A stretch of DNA of 52,744 nt from an uncultured Gammaproteobacteria bacterium (lineage in GTDB: Bacteria; Patescibacteriota; Patescibacteriia; Patescibacteriales; UBA12465). The notes beneath the pieces are model-generated. The model had not been told where the DNA came from, made no database searches, and saw only the letters and a program-made list of their open reading frames with translations. A program made the position numbers and the translations under genes. This document shows, one piece after another, positions 24,842 through 35,238 of this stretch. Every line of letters starts with the position of its first letter. Position 1 is the stretch's first letter. Location: positions 1 to 52,744 of the forward strand of contig CAYMZF010000002.1 of NCBI GenBank assembly GCA_964394905.1, in the 5' to 3' direction.

Positions 24842-25177
24842 ATGAATAAACCTTTAGATATTAATAAAGATAATTTTGAGACGGAAGTTTTAAAATCGGA
24901 TTTGCCGGTTTTAGTGGATTTTTGGGCTCCATGGTGTATGCCTTGTAAAATGATGGCTCCGGTTTTAGAAGAATTAGCTACTTTAATGGATGGGAAAATA
25001 AAAGTAATGAAGGTTAATACCGAAGATTCGGCTAATCAGGAATTAGCTTTAAGATATGAAATTCAAAGTGTTCCTAGTATGATGTTGTTTAAAGACGGAC
25101 AGTTAATTTGGGAATTTATCGGTATGCATTCCCGAGACTCTTTAGCTCAAGAAATCGAAGAGCATTTAAAAAAATAA
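24842..25177 (+). CDS. trxA: thioredoxin (active site WCMPC)
   Basis: VLVDFWAPWCMPCKMMAP and SVPSMMLFKDG. The ORF track begins at the GTG at 24827. The ATG at 24842 gives the usual spacing to the active site. Confidence 0.88.
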   Translation: MNKPLDINKDNFETEVLKSDLPVLVDFWAPWCMPCKMMAPVLEELATLMDGKIKVMKVNTEDSANQELALRYEIQSVPSMMLFKDGQLIWEFIGMHSRDSLAQEIEEHLKK

Positions 25178-25186
25178 TACAATTTT

Positions 25187-26107
25187 ATGATTTATGATTT
25201 AATAATTATTGGAGCCGGTCCGGCCGGTTTAACAGCTTCAATTTACGCTTCCAGATACAAAATTAATCATGCGGTAATCGGAGAAATTCCGGGCGGTTTA
25301 ATTTCCGAGGCACATAATGTTTGTAATTTTCCGGGAGAAATAGAAATTAGCGGTTTTGATCTAATGACTAAAATTAAAAACCATGCTCAAAGCTTGGGAG
25401 CGGAAATTATGACTATGGAAAAAATAGTAAAAATTGAACACAACAATAATAATTTTAATCTAATCACCGAATCAAAAAAAACTTTAGAAACTAAAAATAT
25501 TTTATTAGCCACCGGAACTAAACGTCGTCAATTAAATTTACCGGAAGAAAAAAAATATATTGGCAAAGGTTTAGCTTATTGCGCAACTTGCGATGCTATG
25601 TTCTATAAAAATAAAATTGTTGGAGTGGTCGGAGGGGGTAATAGCGCTTTAACCTCAGCTTTGTATTTATCGGAAGTGGCCGAAAAAGTCTATTTAATAG
25701 TAAAAGGAGCTGAATTTAATGGTGAAATGGTTTGGGTAGAACATGTTCTAAACAATAAAAAGATTGAAGTCCTTTTTAATAATGGAGTGGAAAAATTAAA
25801 TGGAGAAATTAAATTAGAATCAATTGATTTAAGTGTTGATTATCAGGATAATAATAATTTAAAACTTGACGGTTTGTTTGTGGAAATCGGTACCGAACCG
25901 GATAAATTATTAATTGAACAATTAGGCTTAATAACCGATAAAAATTATATAGTAGTAGATAAGGAACAAAAAACAAATCGATTGGGTGTTTGGGCGGCCG
26001 GAGATATTACCACTAATTCGGCCGGTTTTAGACAAGTTATTACCGCTTGTAGCGAGGGAGCAATTGCGGCTTTTAGTATTTTTTCCGAGCTACAAAAAAA
26101 TAAATAA
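25187..26107 (+). CDS. trxB: thioredoxin-disulfide reductase
   Basis: DLIIIGAGPAGLTASIYASR (FAD), redox centre CATCDA, VVGGGNSAL (NADPH), and GVWAAGDI. Confidence 0.92.
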   Translation: MIYDLIIIGAGPAGLTASIYASRYKINHAVIGEIPGGLISEAHNVCNFPGEIEISGFDLMTKIKNHAQSLGAEIMTMEKIVKIEHNNNNFNLITESKKTLETKNILLATGTKRRQLNLPEEKKYIGKGLAYCATCDAMFYKNKIVGVVGGGNSALTSALYLSEVAEKVYLIVKGAEFNGEMVWVEHVLNNKKIEVLFNNGVEKLNGEIKLESIDLSVDYQDNNNLKLDGLFVEIGTEPDKLLIEQLGLITDKNYIVVDKEQKTNRLGVWAAGDITTNSAGFRQVITACSEGAIAAFSIFSELQKNK

Positions 26108-26150
26108 TGTTTTGTCGTTTTGTACTATAATATTATATTTGATTATATAA

Positions 26151-26180
26151 AAAAATCTCATTCTTTCAAATGAGATTTTT
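26151..26180. terminator. bidirectional terminator between convergent trxB and the thioredoxin-fold gene
   Basis: AAAAATCTCAT-tctttcaa-ATGAGATTTTT. Confidence 0.7.
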
Positions 26181-26212
26181 TAGTTGGGAAGTATTTTTAA
26201 AAGTGATTATTT

Positions 26213-27256
26213 TTATTCACCAAAACCATAACTTGGTTCAGTTGTTGATAATTGAGTTTGACAAGATTCGGGAGCGGTAGTGAAAGCGGAACAGACTAAG
26301 GTTAATAAACTTTGAGAGTCACGAGCAGAACTAACTGATTCTCCGTTAATAACTAAAGTCGGTGATCCTTCAACGCCATATTTGTCATTATCTTCTTGAT
26401 AAATCGGAAATATTGGATAAGTATCATTTAGCCAAGTTGATTTATCGTTGTAACTTTCACTGATTTTGTATTCTTTATCAGTTTTATCAACGCAATTGTC
26501 TATATTGTTTTTATTAATACCGGTTTCGGTTAAACAATCTTCGGATTTACCGCTTTTTACATAACAACTTAAATAACTAAGTAATTTATCGTTGTTTTCT
26601 TTTTGAATACAATATTGAGTCATTTCTTCGTCTAATTCAGCTTTTTCATGCATAGCATAAGTGTTAAATTTCAATGTAAAATCAACCGAATCTTTTAAAG
26701 TTTCTAAAACTGAGATTAAACCTTTTTCCATTTGAGTTCCGTAAGGACATTCACTCATGACAAATAATTCAATAACCGGTTTATCATTTTTGTTGGTAAC
26801 TTCAGTCGCCTCACTGGTGGAAGAATTATTTAAACTGTCTTCATACTCTTTAATATTAATTGATTGAGGAAAAAATAATTCACCGTCTTGACTAATATAG
26901 GAATCAATTAATTCTCCGGTTCCAGCATCACCTAAGTCAATGGATAATTTATACAAACCGTATTCTTTTGTTATTTCTTTAATAGTAGCTTTAGTTCCCG
27001 GTAACATTAAATTATTATTAATAAATTCTTCGGCCATAACCTTGGCATCATCAATATTTAAATCATTTTTTTTCGGAGAAAGTTTAAATACTAATAGACC
27101 TAAAATTAACAAGACTATCGCTGAAATAATAATAAAAATCAGCTTTTTTTTATTTATTTTTTTGCCATCATTGTCATTTTCCTTTTTTTCTTCTTTTTCA
27201 ATTTTAATTTTTTTAGAATCCTCTTTTTTTTCGGATTCTTTTTTTTCTTTATCCAT
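26213..27256 (-). CDS. TM-anchored extracytoplasmic thioredoxin-fold (DsbA-like) protein, CPYG in place of CxxC (tentative)
   Basis: K/E-rich N-terminus and one TM helix (LIFIIISAIVLLILGLLVF). The segment VIELFVMSECPYGTQ looks like a thioredoxin-fold active-site position. There are several further Cys residues. Confidence 0.55.
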   Translation of the reverse strand: MDKEKKESEKKEDSKKIKIEKEEKKENDNDGKKINKKKLIFIIISAIVLLILGLLVFKLSPKKNDLNIDDAKVMAEEFINNNLMLPGTKATIKEITKEYGLYKLSIDLGDAGTGELIDSYISQDGELFFPQSINIKEYEDSLNNSSTSEATEVTNKNDKPVIELFVMSECPYGTQMEKGLISVLETLKDSVDFTLKFNTYAMHEKAELDEEMTQYCIQKENNDKLLSYLSCYVKSGKSEDCLTETGINKNNIDNCVDKTDKEYKISESYNDKSTWLNDTYPIFPIYQEDNDKYGVEGSPTLVINGESVSSARDSQSLLTLVCSAFTTAPESCQTQLSTTEPSYGFGE

Positions 27257-27378
27257 AGTTTTATTATTTAAAAAATACTTTTAATTTCTAGTATTTTTTA
27301 AAATTAAATATAAAAAACAAATTAAAGCTATAAAAGCCTTATGATTATTGTAACAATTTTTTTAAAAAATAACAAGTT

Positions 27379-28761
27379 TTATTTCTTTTTAAAAATAACA
27401 AAAATGAGTGTAAATATAATAAAAATTATTAAATAGGTTAATATAATTTTATTTCGTTGTTGATTATTTGTTTTCCAAAAGCCGTCATTTAAAGTTTGAC
27501 TGTCGGCTGTTTTTGCTTCTTTTTTGTCTTCTCCAGTATCTAAATTTTTTATATGATCAGAATTAATGGGAATTATTTGAAATGAAGAAGATGATGGGGT
27601 AAAAGCTAATAAACCGGTAATTAAAAAATTTTGTCCGACTATCAATTTTTTTCCGGATATTTTTGTTCCGGGTTTTATTTTAATTAGAATTTCATCTTGG
27701 CCGTCATTTAAATAAATTTCTCCGTTGGAATTTTGGGTAATTTGTCCTTGAACTGTTTTTAAATTATCGGCTTGTGTGTCGGTAAAATTGTTTATATTTT
27801 CTATAGTGGTTGTCGGTAAAGAATTGGCGGAAGAAACAATTTTTATATCGGTTATTTCTTTAGTTTTTATTTTAAAAGAAAATTTATTGTTTTCAGTCAC
27901 GGCCACTTCGCCTTGAATTTGTACTCGGTCGCCAATTTTTAATTCTGGAAAAAGTTTATTGTAATTGTATATTTTTAAACCGTAAATATTAGGATCATTT
28001 TCGTATTTATCATGGATATAAAAATATTGAGCACCTAAAACTTTCGGCAAGACACTTACCAAGCCTTCAACCATTATTAAGCTTTTATTACTAAGTTTTT
28101 TTATATCTTTTAAACTTACAGTTTGATAATTTTTGGGGTTGACTTTGTCGGTTTGTGAATAAGTTTTTGAATCAGTTGAGGTAGTTGTTTCTTGGTAATT
28201 GGAAATAGTGATAATTTCATTTTTAGAATTTACAATAGTAATATTGTTTGATTCGATTATAAACTTGGTGTCAATTTGAGAATCAGGATTTGATCTTTTT
28301 AAACTTTGATTATTTTTTAACAATACTAAATCATCAAAAATAATTTGATCGCTGATGTTCTTATCAGCATCATATAAAATTAAAGTATTATTGGATGACA
28401 GAGAATTAGAATTGGAATAATTTAAGTCCGATCTAATACTGGAACCAAAATTGGGACTGGAGATTAAAAAATAAGACTTGGGCGGAATGATTCCAATAAA
28501 CTTTTTATTGGACACTAAAATACTCTCGGTTCCACTAACGGTCTTTTTCTTTAATGAATAGTTTTTTAAATCAATCGCCGAATCGCTTTGATTATATAAT
28601 TCCACAAATTCATTTTTAACGTTATCGTCTTGACCCGTCATTACTTGATTTATAATAATGGAAGAGACTTTGGCGTGAGAAAAAGTCGGATACAAAAATA
28701 TTATTGATAATAAATTAAAAAAGATTAAATAAAACCAAAAAAATAAAGCTGATTTTTTCAT
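27379..28761 (-). CDS. secreted/anchored lamin-tail-domain (LTD) protein with OB-fold-like repeats and C-terminal TM anchor
   Basis: Signal-like N-terminus. LTD-like segment IINQVMTGQDDNVKNEFVELYNQSDSAIDLKNYSL...ILYD. Two OB-like segments (SLIMVEGLVSVLPKVLGAQYFYIHD...GDRVQIQGEV and LKTVQGQITQ...FLITGLL). C-terminal TM helix. Confidence 0.6.
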   Translation of the reverse strand: MKKSALFFWFYLIFFNLLSIIFLYPTFSHAKVSSIIINQVMTGQDDNVKNEFVELYNQSDSAIDLKNYSLKKKTVSGTESILVSNKKFIGIIPPKSYFLISSPNFGSSIRSDLNYSNSNSLSSNNTLILYDADKNISDQIIFDDLVLLKNNQSLKRSNPDSQIDTKFIIESNNITIVNSKNEIITISNYQETTTSTDSKTYSQTDKVNPKNYQTVSLKDIKKLSNKSLIMVEGLVSVLPKVLGAQYFYIHDKYENDPNIYGLKIYNYNKLFPELKIGDRVQIQGEVAVTENNKFSFKIKTKEITDIKIVSSANSLPTTTIENINNFTDTQADNLKTVQGQITQNSNGEIYLNDGQDEILIKIKPGTKISGKKLIVGQNFLITGLLAFTPSSSSFQIIPINSDHIKNLDTGEDKKEAKTADSQTLNDGFWKTNNQQRNKIILTYLIIFIIFTLIFVIFKKK

Positions 28762-28846
28762 AAAAATAATTTAAGAATAAAACAGCTTTATTTTATATAG
28801 ATAGAGGTAAATTCAACTATAATTACAATTAAAATTTAACTAACTT

Positions 28847-29620
28847 TTATTTAACTTTATTTAAAATTTCTTTTAAGTCCGGATCAATGTCAATTATAAT
28901 ATCCTGTTGTTCTCCGGATGGATCAATAAAATTTAAATGATTAGCCATTAAAAAAATTCTGGTAATATTTAATTTCTTATTTTGTAATTTACTTTTTTTA
29001 TTACCATATAAATTATCACCTAAAAGCGGATGGCCGAAAGCTGAAAAATGAACTCTAATTTGATGAGTTCGTCCGGTTTTTATACTTACTTTTACTAAAG
29101 TAAAATTGATTAATTTTTTTATAACCCAAAATTCAGTGATGGCCGAACGTGATTTAGCCAAGGCTTCCAGGTGTCCTTTAGCGCGATTAGATATTTGATC
29201 ATCATCTAATTTTTCTAACTTATCTAAATTTTTTATAGTATTAGGAATAGCGGCCATTTTATAGCCTTGACTGGATCGACTGATAGGAAAATCAATTATA
29301 CCTTCGTCGCGATCAAGTTTTCCATTTACCAAAGCCAAATATTCTTTTTTTATTTTTCGGTTTTTAAATTGATCTTTAAAATATTCAAAAGCTGTATTAT
29401 TTTTAGCTATAATCATTAAACCGCTGGCTTCTTTATCTAAGCGATGAACAATTCCGGGACGCAGAGAATCTTCTCCGACCCCTTTTAATTCCGGATATTT
29501 TTCTGTTAAATAATCAACTAAAGTTTTTTCGGTAATACCCGGGCCACCATGAACAATTAAATTAGCCGGTTTGTTTATAACTAAGTAATTGGAGGTTTCT
29601 TTTACAATTTGAATATTCAT
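28847..29620 (-). CDS. RluA-family pseudouridine synthase (no S4 domain)
   Basis: HRLDKEASGLMIIAK catalytic Asp motif, KEYLALVNG, and GRTHQIRVH. Confidence 0.88.
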   Translation of the reverse strand: MNIQIVKETSNYLVINKPANLIVHGGPGITEKTLVDYLTEKYPELKGVGEDSLRPGIVHRLDKEASGLMIIAKNNTAFEYFKDQFKNRKIKKEYLALVNGKLDRDEGIIDFPISRSSQGYKMAAIPNTIKNLDKLEKLDDDQISNRAKGHLEALAKSRSAITEFWVIKKLINFTLVKVSIKTGRTHQIRVHFSAFGHPLLGDNLYGNKKSKLQNKKLNITRIFLMANHLNFIDPSGEQQDIIIDIDPDLKEILNKVK

Positions 29621-31065
29621 ATATTTTTTTTATCGGGTATAATAATTTTTAAATCATCTTTGGTTATACCTTTAAATACATATAATAGCAAGAAGTAAAT
29701 AATTATGGCCAGTAATATTATTAATAATAATATTGAACCGTTTTGATATAAATAACGAGGAACGGCTGACATAAAAATAGCCATACCTAAAGCGGCTAAA
29801 AGTGATTGTCCGACAATTTTTAAATTAGGTTTAAAGCCAGTATTTTTTTTAACGCACAAATAACTGCCGATTAAAATGGCCAAATTACTATAAACCGTTA
29901 CAATTGAAGCTCCGATATAAGAAAATTTTGGAATTAAGATAAAATATAAAACCACAGAACTAATCATGGTAAAAACATATAACCAAATAACTTTTTTTTG
30001 TTTATCAATCGCAATAATTAAATGAGAAAAAACACAGCTGATAAATAATAGTGAAGTGGATAACATTAAAATTTGTAAAGACAAACCGCTATCGGCAAAA
30101 CTTTCTCCGGCGATTAAAGTAATAACTTCTTTAGCCGTAAATTGAGTTCCGACAATTAAGGGGATAGCTAAAATAATCATAAAATCAAATGATTTTTGGG
30201 CTAATTTTTTAAAGAAATCTAAATTTTTATTTATCCAATTAAGAGTAAAAAGCGGTAACATCACTCCCACAAACATATAGGGAATAGTACTGATAACTTC
30301 AATGGTTCGATAAGCGGCTCCGTAAACGCCGACATCCTTTATATTTTTAAACAGGGATAATATAATAACGTCGCTTTTTTGATAAATTAAATTTAAAATT
30401 ATAGTAATGGCTAAAGGCCAAGAATTTTTTAAAATTTTTTTCCAAACGGTAAAATCAAATTCAAATTTTATTTTAGCCGATTTTTTTCCAAACAACCAAT
30501 TGATTAAAAAATTAATAAAAGCGCTGATAACCGAAGCCCATAAAACTCCAGACAACCCATAATTTAATTTTATAAAAACAAAAATTGTTATAACTAAAAA
30601 TATTTTACTTATTACTTCGGCTAACATCGCTCTCTGCATTTGCAAAGTTTTTTGGAATAAACCAATTAAAATTTGGTTAAGAGCCGGAAAAATATAAATC
30701 AAAGTGGCAATGGCTACGCCAATTTTTATAGTTTCACCGTACGGAAAAAAGAAAATACAAATCGGAGCTAAACCCAATAGGATTAAGGCTGAGAAAAAAC
30801 GGATGGAAAACAAGTTAGAAAGAGTTTTGTCTACATTTTTTTCATTGGGATCACTTATCATTTTAGTGGTGATAAGATTTAATCCCAAATCGGCTGACAT
30901 AGCAAAAAATGAAACAAAAGTGATGACCGTTGAATATTCACCAAAACCTTCGGTTCCCAAATATCTGGTCATAATAGCCAAAGAGATAACTCCCAATAAA
31001 GTTGACAAAGCTTTACCGATAATTTGAACCATAGTATTGTAAGCGATTTTTTTCTTAAGTTCCAT
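29617..31065 (-). CDS. MOP-superfamily flippase (Wzx/MurJ-like polysaccharide or lipid-linked oligosaccharide transporter)
   Basis: 482 aa with about 12-14 TM segments. The N-terminus has the typical NTMVQIIGKALSTLLGVISLAIMTRYLGTEGFGEY pattern. There is a 4-nt overlap with the downstream rluA-family gene. Confidence 0.7.
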   Translation of the reverse strand: MELKKKIAYNTMVQIIGKALSTLLGVISLAIMTRYLGTEGFGEYSTVITFVSFFAMSADLGLNLITTKMISDPNEKNVDKTLSNLFSIRFFSALILLGLAPICIFFFPYGETIKIGVAIATLIYIFPALNQILIGLFQKTLQMQRAMLAEVISKIFLVITIFVFIKLNYGLSGVLWASVISAFINFLINWLFGKKSAKIKFEFDFTVWKKILKNSWPLAITIILNLIYQKSDVIILSLFKNIKDVGVYGAAYRTIEVISTIPYMFVGVMLPLFTLNWINKNLDFFKKLAQKSFDFMIILAIPLIVGTQFTAKEVITLIAGESFADSGLSLQILMLSTSLLFISCVFSHLIIAIDKQKKVIWLYVFTMISSVVLYFILIPKFSYIGASIVTVYSNLAILIGSYLCVKKNTGFKPNLKIVGQSLLAALGMAIFMSAVPRYLYQNGSILLLIILLAIIIYFLLLYVFKGITKDDLKIIIPDKKNI

Positions 31066-31124
31066 TTGTTTTTTTTATAAAAATAGTATATAATTTTAGT
31101 ATATAAAAATATTATCACAATTTT

Positions 31125-31574
31125 ATGAAAAAAGCGAAAAACATTTTTTTATCACTTTCTTTTCTTTTTCTGACAATTTTTTTAACAGCTGACAGTAACC
31201 TATTAAATTTAAAAAGTGCTCAAGCCAGTTCTTTGTGGGAGTCACAAAATGGTATGACCGAAGTAGGAAGTGCTTTCGGTGAAAGTGCTGACCCGGAAGA
31301 TATTAGATATAAAGTGGTAAAAATTATTAATATTGTTTTATCAATTTTAGGAATTTTATTAGTTGTTTTAATTATTTATGCCGGTTTTTTATGGATGACA
31401 GCCGGGGGTAATGAAGATCAAATTAGCAAAGCTAAAAAAATAATGATTAACGCTATTATTGGGTTAGTACTAATACTTTTTGCTTGGTCAATAACCTATT
31501 TTATTATGATGCGTTTAAATGCTATTAATATAGGTGATCCTAATTATCGTAATCCCAATCCGATGTCTTATTAA
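31125..31574 (+). CDS. small secreted two-TM protein, TrbC/VirB2-type T4SS-pilin-like (tentative)
   Basis: Signal peptide, then IINIVLSILGILLVVLIIYAGFLWMTAGGNEDQISKAKKIMINAIIGLVLILFAWSITYFI. This pattern is typical of the T4SS-pilin family that is abundant in CPR genomes (recalled from memory). Confidence 0.5.
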   Translation: MKKAKNIFLSLSFLFLTIFLTADSNLLNLKSAQASSLWESQNGMTEVGSAFGESADPEDIRYKVVKIINIVLSILGILLVVLIIYAGFLWMTAGGNEDQISKAKKIMINAIIGLVLILFAWSITYFIMMRLNAINIGDPNYRNPNPMSY

Positions 31575-31675
31575 CTAACAGATATTGTCTTTTTTTAAAA
31601 AATTTGTTAATATATATTTATAAAGCTAATTGATGATACAATTAGCTTTTAATTTAATAAAATAAAAGAAAAATT

Positions 31676-33001
31676 ATGTCAGAATTAATAAATGCCATCA
31701 AACAAGTGTGCGATGAAAAAAAGATAGAATATGATTTAGTGCTTTCGGCTATTGAGGCTTCTTTGGCGGCGGCTTATCGTAAGGATTACGGCAATAAAAT
31801 GCAAAATATCAAAGTTGATTTTAACCCTGAAACCGGAAAATCAAAAATTTATGACGTAAAAACCGTTGTTGAAGATTTATCGGCGGAAGAACAAAGAGAA
31901 TTTGATGAGGCTGAAAAAAATCGTGAAGCTAATTTAGAAAATAAAAATAAGGAATTTAATCCGATAAAAAAAGAACAAACAATAACGGAAACATCTGAAA
32001 CTGAAACTGAAAGAAAATTTAATCCTAAAAACGAAATTCAATTAAAAGACGCTGTTTTAATAAAAAAAGATGCTAAAATCGGAGATGAAATCATTTTTGA
32101 TTTAGAAGAACCAGACGGTTACGGACGAATGGCGGCTCAAACCGCTAAGCAAGTTATTATTCAAAAACTTAGAGAAATAGAAAAAGAGACTGTTTTTAAT
32201 GAATTTAAAGATCAAGAAGGAGAAGTTATTAATGGTATTATTCAGAGAATTGAAGGTCGTTTAGTTTTTGTAGATTTAGATAAAGCTATCGGAATTTTGC
32301 CTTTGGACGAACAAATTATGGGAGAACGATATAATATTGGTAATCGTATTAAAGTTTATGTAAAAGAAGTTCGTTCCGGAATTCGCGGAGCTGAAATTAT
32401 TTTGTCTCGTAAATCAGAGGAAATTGTTAAACAAATATTTATTATGGAAATTCCCGAAGTAGCCAATGGCTTAGTGGAAATAAAAAACGTAGCTCGAGAG
32501 GCCGGATCCAGATCTAAAGTAGCGATTTTTTCCGATTCGGAAAACATTGATCCGGTTGGATCTTGTGTCGGTCAACGAGGTGTTCGTATTCAAACTATTA
32601 TTAATGAATTAGGCGGTGAAAAAGTTGATATTATTGAATATAGTGATGATCCGGCTAAATTTATCAGTAATGCTTTAGCTCCGGCTAAGATTTTGGGAAT
32701 TGATATTGATATAAAAAACAAAAAGGCCGTTGCTAAAGTAGCTGTTGATAAATTGTCCTTAGCTATAGGAAAAAACGGTCAGAATGTTCGTTTAGCCGCT
32801 CGTTTGACGGGTTGGAAAATAGATATAATCTCTAGTGAAGGCGAGGAATTGGTAAAATTTGAAGAAGTGGTTGGCGATGATGATAATAAAGTTGATGATA
32901 TAAAAATTGAAAGAATAGTTCCAGACGAAGGAAATGAAGTTGAAAAAGAAGAAATTAAAGAAATTAAAAAGGAAAAAAAATCTCGAAAGAAAAGCGAATA
33001 A
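31676..33001 (+). CDS. nusA: transcription termination/antitermination factor NusA
   Basis: N-terminal domain (with an acidic insert), an S1 domain (VINGIIQRIEGRLVFVDL), and two KH domains (GSCVGQRGVRIQTIINELGGEKVDII and AIGKNGQNVRLAARLTGWKIDI). Confidence 0.93.
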   Translation: MSELINAIKQVCDEKKIEYDLVLSAIEASLAAAYRKDYGNKMQNIKVDFNPETGKSKIYDVKTVVEDLSAEEQREFDEAEKNREANLENKNKEFNPIKKEQTITETSETETERKFNPKNEIQLKDAVLIKKDAKIGDEIIFDLEEPDGYGRMAAQTAKQVIIQKLREIEKETVFNEFKDQEGEVINGIIQRIEGRLVFVDLDKAIGILPLDEQIMGERYNIGNRIKVYVKEVRSGIRGAEIILSRKSEEIVKQIFIMEIPEVANGLVEIKNVAREAGSRSKVAIFSDSENIDPVGSCVGQRGVRIQTIINELGGEKVDIIEYSDDPAKFISNALAPAKILGIDIDIKNKKAVAKVAVDKLSLAIGKNGQNVRLAARLTGWKIDIISSEGEELVKFEEVVGDDDNKVDDIKIERIVPDEGNEVEKEEIKEIKKEKKSRKKSE

Positions 33002-33075
33002 AAAATAGTTTATATAAAAATTAAAATTAATTTTTAGTTAATTTAAATTAATAATTAACTAAAAGAAAAAAAGTT

Positions 33076-35061
33076 ATGACTGAACTTTTCATTATAGCCA
33101 GTGCAATAGCGGCTTTGATTGTCGGGGTAATTTTAATTAGAGTAATTATGAAATTACCTAAAGGGGATGATAAGATGCAAGAAATTGCTAAAGCTATTCA
33201 AGCTGGAGCAAAGGCTTTTTTAAATCGACAGTACAAAACTGTAGCTATTGTAGCTGTTGTTTTGTTTGTTGTTATTTCCGTGATTCCTTCTTTGGGTATT
33301 GAGACAGCTTTAGCTTTTTTAGTTGGAGCAGTTTTATCGGCTTTAGCCGGTTATATCGGAATGAATATTAGTGTTAGAGCTAATGTTCGAACTGCAGAAG
33401 CGGCTAAAAGTGGTTTAAAAAAAGCTTTAAACGTAGCTGTAAAAGGTGGAAGTATTACCGGATTATTAGTGGTCGGTTTAGCATTACTGGGAACTTCAGT
33501 TTTTTATTTTATCACTAAAGATTTATCTTCTTTAATTGGTTTTGGTTTTGGAGGATCTTTAATTTCAATTTTTGCTCGTTTAGGAGGAGGTATTTATACC
33601 AAAGCAGCTGATGTTGGAGCTGACTTAGTCGGAAAAGTTGAGGCTGATATTCCGGAAGATGATCCTCGTAATCCGGCGGTTATTGCTGATAATGTCGGAG
33701 ATAACGTTGGTGATTGTGCCGGTATGGCCGCTGATTTATTTGAAACTTATGCCGTTACTACTATTGCCGCTATGGTTTTGGGAGATATATTTTTACCGGG
33801 ATCTAATGCTATTATTTTATTTCCTTTAGTTTTAGGAGCTGTTTCTATTTTTGCTTCAATTATTGGGATTTTCTTTATTCGTTTAGGAAAAAAACAAAAT
33901 ATAATGCAAGCTTTATATAAAGGATTGATAGCTGCAGGAGTAATTTCTGCTATCGCTTTTTATCCGGTTACTAAGTTTATGTTAGCCGGAAATTTAGTTT
34001 TTAATTCTATTCATATTTATGTTTGTGCTTTAATCGGTTTAGTCGTTACCGCTTTGATGGTTGTTATAACCGAATATTATACTTCCACTAAATATAGTCC
34101 GGTAAAAAGTATAGCTGAAGCTTCAACCACCGGACACGGAACTAATGTTATTGCCGGTTTGGCTGTTTCTATGAAATCAACTATGTTACCGATGTTGGTG
34201 ATTGTCTTAGCTATTTTAGGAGCTTATAGTTTATCCGGTATTTATGGAATTGCCATTGCTGCTGTAGCGATGTTGTCTATGGCTGGAGTTATTATTACTA
34301 TTGATTCTTATGGACCGATTACTGATAATGCCGGAGGTATAGCTGAAATGGCTGAGTTAAGTGAAGAAGTTAGAAATATCACTGATCCGCTTGATGCCGT
34401 TGGAAACACCACTAAAGCGGTTACTAAAGGTTATGCTATCGGTAGTGCCGCTTTGGCTACTTTAGTTTTGTTTGCCGATTTTACCAATAAAGTTGGTGAT
34501 GGATTTAATTTTAATATTGATAATCCAAAAATTTTAGTCGGTTTGTTTATTGGAGGTTCTTTATCTTATTATTTTGGAGCTTTAGCTATGAAGGCGGTTG
34601 GAAAATCAGCCGGTTCGGTAGTTGAAGATGTTCGAGCTCAGTTTAAAGAAAAACCGGGTATTATGGATGGTTCTCAAAAACCTGATTATGGTCGCACCGT
34701 TGATATTGTTACTAAGTCAGCTTTAAAGGCTATGATTTTACCGGCTTTGATTCCGGTGGTAATTCCAATTTTAGTTGGTTTCTTGTTAGGTGTTGAAGCT
34801 TTAGGCGGGTTACTTATTGGTTCTATTATTACCGGTGTTTTTGTAGCCATTTCTATGACTTCCGGTGGGGGAGCTTGGGACAATGCTAAAAAATATATTG
34901 AATCCGGTCATTTTGGCGGCAAAGGTTCCGATGCTCATAAAGCGGCTGTAACTGGTGATACTGTTGGAGATCCTTATAAAGATACAGCCGGTCCAGCCAT
35001 TAATCCGATGATTAAAATTATTAATATTGTAGCTTTGCTTATTGTTGGTTTGCTTATTTAA
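33076..35061 (+). CDS. hppA: membrane-bound proton/sodium-translocating pyrophosphatase
   Basis: [51 protein letters not shown], and [13 protein letters not shown] motifs. About 15 TM segments. Confidence 0.95.
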   Translation: MTELFIIASAIAALIVGVILIRVIMKLPKGDDKMQEIAKAIQAGAKAFLNRQYKTVAIVAVVLFVVISVIPSLGIETALAFLVGAVLSALAGYIGMNISVRANVRTAEAAKSGLKKALNVAVKGGSITGLLVVGLALLGTSVFYFITKDLSSLIGFGFGGSLISIFARLGGGIYTKAADVGADLVGKVEADIPEDDPRNPAVIADNVGDNVGDCAGMAADLFETYAVTTIAAMVLGDIFLPGSNAIILFPLVLGAVSIFASIIGIFFIRLGKKQNIMQALYKGLIAAGVISAIAFYPVTKFMLAGNLVFNSIHIYVCALIGLVVTALMVVITEYYTSTKYSPVKSIAEASTTGHGTNVIAGLAVSMKSTMLPMLVIVLAILGAYSLSGIYGIAIAAVAMLSMAGVIITIDSYGPITDNAGGIAEMAELSEEVRNITDPLDAVGNTTKAVTKGYAIGSAALATLVLFADFTNKVGDGFNFNIDNPKILVGLFIGGSLSYYFGALAMKAVGKSAGSVVEDVRAQFKEKPGIMDGSQKPDYGRTVDIVTKSALKAMILPALIPVVIPILVGFLLGVEALGGLLIGSIITGVFVAISMTSGGGAWDNAKKYIESGHFGGKGSDAHKAAVTGDTVGDPYKDTAGPAINPMIKIINIVALLIVGLLI

Positions 35062-35081
35062 AAAGCTATTATTTGACTTAT

Positions 35082-35116
35082 AAAATAGGATATATTTATT
35101 TATATATCCTATTTTT
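35082..35116 (+). terminator. hppA terminator
   Basis: AAAATAGGATATA-tttattta-TATATCCTATTTT plus a T. Confidence 0.7.
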
Positions 35117-35130
35117 AGTAAATTATTCTA

Positions 35131-35161
35131 ACTAAAATACAAATGTAATTTGTATTTTAGT
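35131..35161. other. perfect 14-bp palindrome/hairpin upstream of the AAA+ ATPase gene
   Basis: ACTAAAATACAAAT-gta-ATTTGTATTTTAGT. It lies 16 nt upstream of the -35 of the next promoter. Confidence 0.6.
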
Positions 35162-35177
35162 TTGACTTTTATTAATA

Positions 35178-35206
35178 TTGACTTATTTTTTAGTTTAGGG
35201 TATAAT
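35178..35206 (+). promoter_or_regulatory. candidate sigma70-type promoter of the AAA+ ATPase gene
   Basis: TTGACT-N17-TATAAT, with the -10 ending 33 nt upstream of the ATG at 35239. Confidence 0.55.
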
Positions 35207-35238
35207 CAAATTATATTTTAGAATTAAAATATAATTAT

